Of a stretch of 64,000 nt of DNA, positions 39,076-51,200 are shown piece by piece. This DNA comes from Camelus dromedarius (Eukaryota). The notes under the pieces are model-generated. The model ran no database searches, was not told where the DNA came from, and was given only the letters and a program-made list of their open reading frames with translations. Made by a program: the position numbers and the translations under genes. The DNA lies in assembly GCF_036321535.1 (NCBI RefSeq), contig NC_087437.1:120654001-120718000 (forward strand), read 5' to 3'. The first letter of the stretch is position 1. Each line of letters opens with the position of its first letter.

Positions 39076-39253
39076 ATGGGCCTGCTCGCCTTCCTGAAGA
39101 CCCAGTTCGTCGTGCACCTCCTCATCGGCTTCGTCTTTGTGGTCAGCGGGCTGGTCATCAACTTCGTCCAGCTCTGCACACTCATCCTCTGGCCCGTGAA
39201 CAAGCAGCTGTACCGCCGGCTCAACTGCCGCCTCGCCTACTCACTCTGGAGCC
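39076..39253 (+). CDS. AGPAT3: AGPAT3 coding exon 1 (exon begins 39027; MGLLAF...YSLWS)
   Basis: Acceptor cttctccttccag|G at 39026/27; Kozak GCCATGG; donor C|GTGAGT at 39253/54. Confidence 0.97.
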
Positions 39254-42200
39254 GTGAGTGCGGCGGGGACGCGCGGCGGGGGGGGCGGGTGGCTGGGGGG
39301 GGGCCCTTTCTGCTGGAGGACCCCTGACCCCTGTGCAGACCAGTCTGATGCTCCTGTGTGCAGGGCCCCCGGGGCTGGATATTCACTCCTGCTGCGGTGA
39401 CGGAGGGCAGTGGGCCACCTCTCACTCCCTGACCAGGAGCTCGGGACACTGAGGTTGACTCCTTAGAACTTGGGATGTTTGAAAACAAACAATAGTAAGC
39501 AGAGCTCATGGCTACCAAGCCCTAACCACTGCCAGGACGTGGCCAGTCTCGTATCCCCTCGACCCCCCAGCCTCCCTGGCTCCGGAGCACTGTGAGGCCA
39601 CCCTCGTGTGGCCTGTCACTTCACGTGTAAATATTTCAGCATCCTTCTCTGAAAGAAGAAGACTCTCACCCGTCTCTTAAATACATGTGTTCAGACGTGT
39701 ACAGGTGTCACCTGTATGCACTTGTGATGTGTGTGCGTTTGTACATATACAATCAGTCTTTGCCCGTCAGATGGACGGAGACTTAAAAGCCTGGTAGCAA
39801 CACCCACTGCTGACGACGGTGGATGCTCACACTGTGGGTCTGGGTGACAAGGCACATCTTTGGTCGGCAGCTTTGGTCAGGAGTGATCAGCAATTTAAAA
39901 CGGGTCTATTTTTTGACCCAATTTTTCCACAAAATAAGAATGTAACCTAGAAAGATACCTGCAGAAGTACACATGTGCACAGGTAGTCTCGCTTTATCAT
40001 TTTGATATTAGCACAGAACTTGGCAGCAGCCTAAATGCCCATGAATGGAGACCAGCTCCACTCTGTCCATTGGATGGAATCCTGCACAACCGTCCAGAGC
40101 AACAAGGGTGATCTCTCTTTACTGGGAGAGGACCACCCTCAAGACACATGTTTAAGTGAAAAAGGAATCTGTAGCACCAAGTGCATAGTTGCTACTGTTT
40201 CCTTGCTTGTTGAAGACGTGTGTGTGCTGTGGCTGCACCTGCACAGGAAAACGCTGCAGGATGAGCAGAAAACGTGCCTCCGGGGAGCCGAGGAAGGTGG
40301 GACACTGCTTATTCAGGGTGTGCTGTTTAGCAGAAGATCTTAGCAGAAGAGCACGTTTCTTTTACAATAAAGAGAAAGTAACACACATTTGATGTCGCAC
40401 GGGCAGCAGTGACTCTGTGCACCTGACGCCATCGCCCCGTCACCCCGTCACCCTGCCTAGTGCAGGAGCAGGTAGATGGCAGCTGTGGCGGCTGTGGGGG
40501 TGACTGAGCCCAAGTGCATGCGGCCCCCCTGGGAAGGGACAGCAGCCCCTCCCGGGCTTCTCACCTTAGAAGGGCAGTCGTTTCAATTCCCAGGTGATTT
40601 TTTACTAAATAATGGGCTACCTTTTTTCTGCGTGTGTCAGAGGGAGAGTCAGAAATCCTACCATATAAAATATACAGATGAGTTACTCATGGGTGTCACT
40701 GGGGAGAGGAATGCATAGCAGAAGGGAAAATACTAGTTAATGAAAGCTGTCGACTCCACTTCCAGCAGTCTTATGAAGGTAAAACACTGCAAAACAGCCA
40801 AATTCCTGGGCAGCTGCAAGAAAGGGGCTGAGTCTAAACCAGGATCCTGAGCACATGAAAAGATGCTCAATGTCACTGTCAGAGAAATACAAATCAGAAC
40901 TACAATGAGGTATCACCTCACGCTGGTCAGAATGGCTGTCATCAAAAAGTCTACAAATGATAAATGCTGGAGAGGGTGTGGAGAACAGGGAGCCCTCCCA
41001 CACTGCTGGTGAGACTGTAAATTGGTGCAGCCATTATGGAAAACAGTATGGAAGTTCCTTGAAGAACTAAAAATAGAGTTACATATGATCCAGCAATCCC
41101 ACTCCTAGGCATATGTCCGGGAAAAAACTATAATTGAAAAATTATACATACAGCCAGGACATGGAAGCAGCGTAAATGTCTGTTGACAGATAAGTGGATA
41201 AAGAAGATGTGTATTTATACAATGGAATAATACTTAGCCATAAAAAAGAATGAAATAATGCCATTTGCAGCAACATGGATGGACCTGGAGATCATCACAC
41301 TAAGTGAGGTAAGTCACAAAGAGAAAGAAAAATACCATATGACATCACTTACATGTGGAATCTTAAAAATGACACAAACGAACTTATTTACAAAACAGAA
41401 ACCAACTAACAGACATAGAAAACAAACTTATGGTTATCAGAGGGGAAAAGGAGGATAAATTAGGAGTTTAGGATTCAGAGATACAAGCTACTATATGGAA
41501 AATAAACAACAAGGTCCTACTGTACAGCATAGGGAACTATATTCAATATCTTGTAATAAATTATAATGGAAAAGAATCTGGAAAAGAAATGTATGTATGT
41601 ATGACTGAATCCCTGTGCTGTACACCTGAAACTAACATCATTGTAAATCAACTGTACTTCAATTAAAAACAAAAACAAAACAGAATCCTGAGAGACGGCT
41701 GAAGTGAGAAGCTAGCAGTTCCCGTGGGTCAGCAGAGGCCAAGAGAAGTATGCCCTGGGGGGAAGTGTCTGTAATTCAGGCCTGAGGAGCCACACAGATG
41801 AAGGCAAACCATATGTGAGCTCAAGAACAACAAACATACAGCAACAGACAGACAAAAGACAGCCCAGGTGACCAGATTTGAAGAACAGCCAAATAGAACT
41901 TCGGTGAATAAAAATTGTAATTATAATGTTTTTTGAAGTAAAAAAACCTAGTGATTGGATTTTACAACAGATTAGATGCAGCTAACGAGAGAGTAGGTAA
42001 ACCAGACATAAATGTGAAGAAGTCATCAGACTGCCGCAGAGTGAGCGACCAGATGAAAAGTATAAAATCTGAGTTAAAGGTGTGAGGAGAGGATGCAGGT
42101 CTGTGAAGCCATCTTGGACCCCTGGCCCAGCAGGGAGAGTAAGGAGAAGTTCTCACTGGAGGAGATGGTGGCTGAGAACTTCCCTGGGTGGATGAAACAC

Positions 42201-45200
42201 ACGATCCTGTTGCTCTGGGAGACACGTGGGCACCAGGCAGGCTGGATAAACAGAAATCCACCCTTCTGCCCATCATAGAGAAATCACAGACCATCAGAGG
42301 CAAAAAGAAGATCTTACAAACCCCCAGAAGGGAAAGCTGGAACACCTCTGAAGGCGGACGGAGCCCCTGCGGACGTGGCTAGAGCCCGGGGCCCTGGGCT
42401 GCGGCAGCCCAGCCCAGAACTCTACGTCCAGTAGAGGGAGCTTCCCGAGGAGACAGAGGAACAGTCCGAAGGAAACAGAAAGGGAGCTGATCACCGCCCG
42501 CCCGCCTTCACCTGACGTTTCCGTAAAGCGTGTTCTTCAGTGAGAACAGAAGCCATCCTCAAAGTCGGGTCTGAGTTACAGGGTCCGGCACCAGAGACAC
42601 TGGTTAGCAGGTGAGTCTAAACAGTCTTACCAGCAGTAACGATGCCCAGTTTGCGAGGCTGCAAGTGCACGGGGCTGACACCCGCAGCCCGTGTACCCGG
42701 AACGGCACGGTCACAGTTAGACTGTCTTTCTCGTGTCTGTTGGGAACAGAGCGGGGATCTCACCGCCAGGCTTTGTTAACTGCGTGTAGGGAAGAGGACA
42801 GAGAAGTCAAACAGAACTTCCAAACGATTAGAAAAGGTGGATTTTTAAAGCTACACACCAGAAATTGACACATTATAAACTGACCATACTTTAAAAAGAG
42901 TATATTAAAAAAAAGCAAAGACAAGTTCATTTTTTTAAGACAAGAAAGTAGGGGGGAAAAGCATAAAAATAAGAAAACTTGAGGTAGAAATTAAGATTTA
43001 TGTAAAATCCCCTGTCTGTCTGGGAGGAACACCCCCGCGCTGTGGGAGTTGCCCCCAGGAGGTAGCGGATTTGGGGAGGTTCTCACTTGCTTATTTCTCA
43101 AACATGTGAGCCCGAGTCGAGCTGGTGGAAGCCCTTCCCCAACTGCGTGGCTCATGGTGAGCGCGGGAGTCACAGCTCTGTCTAGGTGGCCCTGGGCCAC
43201 TGCTTTGTGCTCAAGTCTGCGGCCACACCTTCCTCAGTCTGTGATGCCTGGCACCTTACGCTGCCCACCCTGAGCCCATTTCTGGTGTGACCCTGTCGTC
43301 CTCGGGCTGAGGAGCCTCCGTGCCGTGTGAAGGGCACAGACGTGGAGCCAGGCCTCCCGGCTTGGGCCCTGGCTCCCTGCTGACCCAGCCAAGGTTCTGC
43401 CCTTCTCACCGGGGAAGCAGATGTCGCCTCTCAGATGTCGCGTCAGTGTGTAGAATCTGTGGGCAGCACTGCCCAGAAGGTTACTACCGACAGGCAGATT
43501 TTGAGTTTTTTCCAAAAATCATTGGTTGAAGTGTGCAGAGAACGGCTTGCTCACATGTGTGCAAGGGCAAGCCCGTGTTTGAATGAAAAGAAGTCACAAA
43601 AAAATTAGTGCTGGACCCAGGAGCCAACCGGCAAAACTCCTAATTTGAAATAGTCCCCAGACCGGCTGTGAGCAGACCAGCTTCGTCCGCGGCAGCACAT
43701 CCGTCCACCGGGAGGCCAGTGTGTCTAGAAAGGCTGAGCCGCCGCCCCGCGGGTGCTGGCAGCTGGCGGGAGAGCGCTGCGTGGAAAGGCCGCCTCCCGC
43801 AGGTGGGCCTCTGCTGGCGCCCCCTCCAGGATGCTGAGAACAACCACCTGCGTCTTTCTGTCTGTCTGTCTGCACTTCATTCCTCCTCACTGGCCCCCTT
43901 AGGGCCCCTCCTCCGATTGGCCATCGGGCCCAGAAGTGTGGGGGTGTCCGAGAGACAGCCTTCGCCCAGCCACGCCTTGTGCTGAAGAGGAAGCTGGGAC
44001 CCCAGCCTGTGGGACAGAGCTGTGTGTCCCCACACTTCCACCTGGGCTGGTGGGGACGCTCTTGGGGAGGGGAACCAGCCCTGGCCCCCTGGTTCTCAGG
44101 TGTTAACTTCATGTTCTGGTCCCCACTCCGCGCTCCCGGCAGCCCTGTGAGGAAGCCACTGTCGGCCCCTTCCTGTAACCGGGGAGATGGGCCCAGGCGG
44201 TCAGGCTTGGAGCCTCTCTAAACACCGGGCTGCCTGCCTGTCAGCGTTCCCCAGCCTCTGTCTTCCAGGGCTGGTCCCCTCCGAAAGCGGAGGGGTTGGT
44301 GTCCAGCTCACAAAGGACAGGCTGTCTGGCCACCTTCCTGAGCCTGGGAGCCGTCCTTTCTGATCTAAGACCACCCTTCCAGGGTGCCTGGCCATGGTGG
44401 GCGTGATGCTGGCCACCGCCGCGGGCTGGCTGTGTGCCCGCAGCCGCCTCTCCCCTATTCCGTGGATGCAGCGTGTGGTTTCCCGTCAGTCCACGGCGCA
44501 CGGGAGAATCGGAGTCCGACAGGAAGATGAAGAAATCCACCTAAACTTTCTGTAAAGAGTAATGTGGATGAGAGTGACTGTGCTTGACATATGTAAGTTT
44601 AAGGTCCCTTTATGGCCGGACCAGGCCCGAGTTTGCTGTTACTTCTGCGTTTTGAAGCTTCCTCTGAAACCTTCCACAGAGCCTTGGAGTCGGCGTGTTG
44701 GGCTTAAGTCGGAGCTCCAGCACTCACGGACAAGTTACCTTTCCTCTGGGCTTTGGGAACAATAGTAGCGCCACCCCGAGGTGCCTGAGAGTTAGATGAG
44801 GTGCCAGGTGCGACTTACAGAGCAGAGCTCCTGGTGTCCCGTCGGTACTCAGAAGTGGTTGTCGATAGTAATAATAATATGATGATGATGATGATAATGG
44901 TGTGTTCTATTAAGTGAATGTTTTGCTCACTGTACTATTTTATGGAATATCTGATTTTTAAGAAAAAATATTTTAAATCACGTCCTTTAGATACAATGAT
45001 TAGAGAAAAGTCCACGTAAAATGTGTTTCCTCCTCCATCTCTCCTGCTTTTCATTTGACTTCTCCCCGACTTCTGCTTAGAGAGGGTAATTATAATTTTA
45101 GAAACCTTAATTTATTAAATATAAGCCATCAAAACTCCTTTCTAGCAGAAAATCCCAGTCTGGATGAAGGCTGTAGGAGCCCCACCCACATCAGGAGCGG

Positions 45201-48200
45201 GAAGGGAGGGCCCGGAGGGTGGCCACCCACACCTCGCTGACATCCCTCCCCGTGTGTCTACAGAGCTGGTCATGCTACTGGAGTGGTGGTCGTGCACTGC
45301 GTGCACCCTGTTCACCGACCAGGCCACGGTGGCCCGCTTTGGGAAGGAGCACGCGGTCATTATCCTCAATCACAACTTCGAAATCGACTTCCTCTGCGGG
45401 TGGACCATGTGCGAGCGATTCGGTGTGCTGGGGGTGAGCAGCGCGGGGGCCCGGGGCCCCAGGAGGTGCGGGCGTGGCTCTGGGTTTCCCTTGCCTCTGG
45501 GTCTCGCCCCAGTCCCTCCAAGCTAGGAGTCCGGGTGAATGGCTGCCCGCAGGTGCCTGGGGCTGCAGGCTGCCCCCAGCTCCCCGGGGGGCTGGCTCGA
45601 GTGATCAGGTGTCGCTGCACTTCCTCTCATAGCTCCTTCCTCCCTGGTCAGCTCAGCTGCCTCAGATAAGACAGGCCGAGGGGGCCTCTGCTTGGAAGCT
45701 TGTGGGATATGACCCTGGCATCATCCCCAGGGACCCCTGGGCCTGGTGGTCAGAGCAGCCCCAGGAGTCCAGTGTGCAGTCTGTGCCCTGGGCTCCCCGC
45801 CCGCCCGCCTGCCAGCATCGGCCTGTGCCAGCCAGGTCTTTCCATGGTTTCCTCGTCTGGGCCGTGCTGGTCCCCACACTCAGAGTCAGGGGCTCCCGAT
45901 GACAGCCAGTCTTGGGGGTGGCCTGAGGCAGTGCTGCCCTCTGGGACCCGGCGGCCCTGATGCACCAGCTGCCCCCTCCCCCCCAGAGTTCCAAAGTCCT
46001 GGCTAAAAGGGAGCTGCTTTACGTGCCCCTCATCGGCTGGACCTGGTACTTCCTGGAGATCGTATTCTGCAAACGGAAGTGGGAGGAAGACCGGGACACC
46101 GTCATCGAAGGACTGAAGCGCCTGGCTGACTACCCCGAATACATGTGGGTGAGTGAGGCAGCGTGAGGGGAGCCCCGCGGTGCCAGGAAGGCAGCCCGAG
46201 TTGTTAGCTGTCAACCGAGCAGGCCCTCTGAGCACCAGGGAAGCTGTGCCCCGCCCCTCGGGGCCTCGAGGACCGCCTGCTTCCCGCCGGCCCCGTGGGA
46301 CCCGCTGTGCGCAGGGCGCCCCCACTGCACAGCCGGCCGCCGGAGGAGAGCCTGCTGGGCTGAGTCGGCGCTCCGTCTGCCGAGCGCCCGGGCTGAGGAG
46401 CCTCTCTGCAGGCAGGCTCTCGTGTGGAGCCAGGTGAGGGAGCTGCCGCCCGCGGGTCGCCGTGTGCTTGGGCTCCGCGGAGGCTGGCCCTGCACTTAAG
46501 AGAGCTGCCCCTCGGGGCAGGGCGGGGCCGGCCCGAGCGGACGGAGGCTGGTGGACGGCCGTCCCGAAGCTCGCGTCAGTCGGTTTAGGCCCGAGTTCCC
46601 CGCCGAACCCCTCTTACTGGTCCCTGACGGCAGTTCCTCGAGAACCGGCTCTTACGTGCCCGGCGTCTGTGACTCGCGTTGGGCTAGTGGGTGCAAGACG
46701 GCTTCCGGGCGCCCTCCGAACGCTGCTGTCGGGGGGCGCGCTGCGCCTTCTCTGGGAGAGGCGTCTTTTCACTCCTTGGAAGGGCAAAGCTGTCTGCGCG
46801 CGAGCGTGGCCGCGGCTGGAACGGCGCAGCCTCTCTGCTCGCGCCTCGCTGCTCGCGCGCGGGACGGGGGCGGGTGTCCTCCCCACAAGACTGCCGCGGG
46901 CCGGGGTCGCGCGCGGGCGTCACGGGGCCTGCGGGGTGGCGCCCGGCCTCGGCGCCCGCGCTGACCCGCGTCCCGGGTCCGGCCCAGTTTCTCCTGTACT
47001 GCGAGGGCACGCGCTTCACGGAGAAGAAGCACCGCGTCAGCATGGAGGTGGCCGCCTCCAAAGGGCTGCCCGCCCTCAAGTACCACCTGCTGCCTCGGAC
47101 CAAGGGCTTCACCACCGCGGTCCAGTGCCTCCGCGGGACAGGTGAGCGCCCCGCCGGGACCGCGCCGCCCCTGCGCCCCGAGCAGAGCTAGCCGCGAAGT
47201 CAGTGATTTGCCAAAACGCCAATCAGTGAATTGCGCGTAGAATACGGGAGGCCGCTAGCCTCACAGGGAGAATCGAGTAAGCGGACCTTACGTGCTGTAA
47301 GATTCTTGGGTCATTTTTGAGGTGATAAAATACTAGTTAATGGAAAGTAACTGAAGTGATAATTAAATTAAAAAGTGTGTAACCAAAACCTTAAAAGGGG
47401 GGGGGGGAATACATGTATATAGCAAATTAAGCCAAAAGGAGGCAAGATAAAAGAAAGGGACAAAGAGCAGGCGGGTAGGAAGCAGCCAGACAGCAACTTG
47501 AAACTCAAACGTGCCGTAAGTCCGGTGATGTGAGTCAGCTGGATGCGCCAGTAAGAGATGGGAGCCCGCAGAAGCCAGCGATCCAGGTGCAAACCGCGGT
47601 GGGCCGGGCTGCAGGATGTCAGCTGGCACCGCTCACCCTCTGCGCCCCTCCCTGCAGTCGCAGCTGTCTACGACGTCACGCTGAATTTCCGAGGAAACAA
47701 GAACCCGTCTTTGCTGGGGATCCTGTACGGGAAGAAGTACGAGGCGGACATGTGTGTGAGGTGAGCTCAGCCTGCTCCCGCGGGGGCGGGGCCGGGCGGG
47801 GCGGGGCTCGCGGCGCACCGCCCCTCTCACCTCCCCGCTGCTCCCACGTGGGGGTGGTGCGGAGTTCCACCATCCAGCCAGGACCCGCACCAGGGAGGAC
47901 AGTAGGAAGCCAAGGAGTGGGGTGCGAGGTGCATGCAGAATGTTTCAGAAGCTCTGAGGGAAGAGTGACCCCTCCCCTCGAAGGGAGCAGGGGCTTTTCG
48001 GAAGAAGCGTCTGAGCTAAGATTTGCGGTGTGTAGGACTTTCACAGGCAGGAGAAGGACAAGCTGTCCCAGCCCAAGTGGAACACCCACGTGGCCCCCTT
48101 TCATGGTGTACGGCCACCCTGACCTCGGCCACGCACCTGGCCTCCAGCTCCTGGCGACCTTGGGCTGAGCCTTGGAGTTCCACCCCAGCCAGCCTCAGCC

Positions 48201-51200
48201 GCACTGCTCAGAGTCAGCCCTGCCTCAAGGACATCCGGTTGGTTAATGCAGGGCTGCTGGGGCTGGCTGGCCGCAGGGACACCGGAGAAATCTCCAGAAG
48301 CAAACCTCAGTCGGAAGCGGGGCCCCACGTAGCCCTTAAAATGTCCCCAGGTTATCAGAAACTGTTCTGGTTAACTTGTGCAGTGAGCATTTATTGAGTG
48401 TCTACTGTATGCAGAGCAGGAGGGTAGAGATAGGTGGAGGCAGGCAGCGGGATCAGAGAGAACAGAGTTTCTGAAAGGCTTCGCTGCTGCAGCTGCAGAA
48501 CCGTGGGGCTTGGGGGAAGGTGGCTGCGGCTCACGGGCCTGTCCCAAGGCCTGCCCTGGAACCTGAACACCGTGGGGCGTGGAGGGGGTACCTTCCCTGG
48601 ATTCCCCCCCAGGCCTCAGGCAGGCAAGCTGTGCTCCAGGCACACTCTGGGAGCAGAGGGAGGGAAACGACCACATGGTTGCCCTTCTGCCTAGTTTGTA
48701 GTTGGGTGGGAAGGGAGGGGCCCCTGCACCCTCTCCTCCCACCTCCTTGGAGGCCCCAGGGGGCTCCCCAAGGTGGACACAGGGTGCTGGCCTTTCAGCC
48801 CATGTAGAAACCCAGATATCTCCTTGAGGGGGCAGTGCAGGCTCTCCCTCCTATGGAAACTTCTAGAAGCTGCACTGCTTCCGGAGTGACTTTTTGCTGG
48901 CACTGGTGACTTCGGCCCAGAGGGGCAGGGATCTCGGGGTCAGAGGGGAGCCGTCCTGGGCCACTGGTTGGGCTCATTGTGAAATGCATTTGAGGCTTCA
49001 CTTGGAGAGTAGATCCCTGTCTGAAACACAAGCTCAGGGTCAGGGATCAGAGTCATTCCCGGAGGTGGGCCATGTCACTGCCATGTTCTGACTTTCCAAG
49101 CTTCTCTGCCTCATGAAGTATTTAATAAATATTGTATTTATTATCATCACTTAAAGTTATTTTATATACTTTATCCTGCATGTAATAGATGTACAGCAGA
49201 GCCTGTATATGGCATATGTGTCACACATATGAAATCAGGGGAACACAATCATGTGAGTTTGACACTGGTGGTCGTCTCTCTCTGTAGACAAACCCCTTCT
49301 GACTGCTCCTGGGCATCCCTTGTGTGGTTCTCCCACTGTCCCATGAGCACAAAGCACCTCCCGGCCCCCTTGGCAGAGCCCTGGGGGATGCCTTTCCTTC
49401 CTGAAGTGGTATCTGTGGTCTGGGGACTCCTGGAGCCCCCCAGCACCTTTCCACTGCCAGAAAGGCAGGGCATTCCCTATGTGTGTACAAATCGTGCAGC
49501 CCCGCCTCTGTGTCAGCTCCATACCTGCTACTGATGGTCCACAAAGTTAACCCATTTTGTTTACTAGGAGGTTATATGTCTTCCTCACTCCTTTGCGCAT
49601 ACAGTAGAGTTTCCCAGAGGCTGCGTGATGTGTGGCACCAGCATTGCTCGGATGTCTGATCACATGCATGCTTGTAAAATTTCTCAAGTTTTCATTTAGA
49701 ATATGGTAAAGACCAACAGGTAAAACACACAAAACCTGACGTTCTCAGTTCTCAGAGAGAAAAAGATGGAGACACCTTGAAACAAGGAGATTTACCTCTG
49801 GCCGTGGAAATTTCTCCTGTCTCTTCTCTCACTGTGGTCCTTCCCCGATGGGCAGCCAGGCCCCGGGTTAAGTATTCTAGCTCACGCGTGTGTTCGGCAG
49901 CCCCTCCCGGCAATGTTGAGGTACTACAGTGGCCGTGGCACGTGGCCCCTGCCCTGCCGTGTCTCACCAGGTAGACACTGCCCCTCGTGGGGCTGGCAGG
50001 CCAGCTGGTGGTGAGGTTAAATGTAAGTCCGTTTCCTAATTGAAGTCAGTCATTTGTTAACTGAGATTAAAGTTTCTAAATCTATCTTGCTCCTCATATT
50101 TGAAGCTGTAGATTTCATTTGTGAAACTCGTAATCATGAGACACACCCAGTCAAGGTTACTTCCAAGGAATGAACTATTAAGAGAGACCAGAACTCTTGC
50201 GAAAAAACGATGAGCCTTCGTGGTGGAGCTGGGGGCGGGGCCCGCTCAGCTACCTGCTCCCGGGCGTCCCTTGTGTGGTGCTCCCACGGTCCCGTGAACA
50301 CAGAGCGCCTCCCGGCCCCCTCGGAGCACCAGCGTATGCCCAAGGAGAGGCTGCTTTGACATTTGTGTGTTTTCAGAAATTGAGAGTCAGATTTGAATAG
50401 AAAAGGCACGATAGACAACCAGCCCTGATGCACAATGATTTGTTTCTCCCCTTTCCAGTCTGATGTCATCTGGTGATTCACTTTGCTTTCACTTTTCTTA
50501 ATAAAACAGGAGATTTCCTCTGGAAGAGATTCCACTGGATGAAAAGGAAGCGGCTCAGTGGCTTCATAAATTGTACCAGGAGAAGGTAAAGGCCTTAGCC
50601 CCCCTCCCAGCACCCCAGGGTCTCATGAAGAGATGTCGAAGGGGCGGCCCACAGGGCAGGCGGGCGTCCCACGGCCTAGCTCTGGGGACAGGAGCGCCGC
50701 GCCGTCCTCAGATCCTTCTTTCTGATCCTTCTCCTTCTTCCTTCATTTTTCTTAGCTTCTGAGAAATTGACAAACCAGAGAAAAGTCTAAAGGATATCCT
50801 AACTCTTGTGTGCCCGTGGCCGGTAACACTTCATTATGTTCATTTCCTTTTTCTCACGTAAAGGAAATTATAGCTCTATAACACACTGTACGTGTGTATA
50901 CATATGGCTTATTACAATCTAGATGACATGACAGGCTTCCTATGATGACCTCACCCTTCTCCACTCCCCCAAGGACGCTTCACCTCTGACTCTTACTTTC
51001 AGTTTATTTTATAGACACAAACATACAGACACTAGGTGTTCATTTTCAGCATTAAGGGAGGCTTAGGTAATCAGAAAATCCTGCCAGTATGTAACACATA
51101 GCATTTTAAATGCATCAGCAAGCTCTGAGATTGTAGGGGAGCCCTCTAGGGATCAAAGAGGGGGGCCGAAATCCAGGAGGGAAGGCGGTGGGTGGAAGCT

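Noticed and set aside
46462..48168. Long ORFs overlapping AGPAT3 exons in other frames
   Set aside because: By-products of the CpG island; only the AGPAT3-frame segments are bounded by splice sites
50501..50506. AATAAA just upstream of coding exon 6
   Set aside because: Lies within the 3' splice-site region; no evidence of use as an intronic poly(A) site
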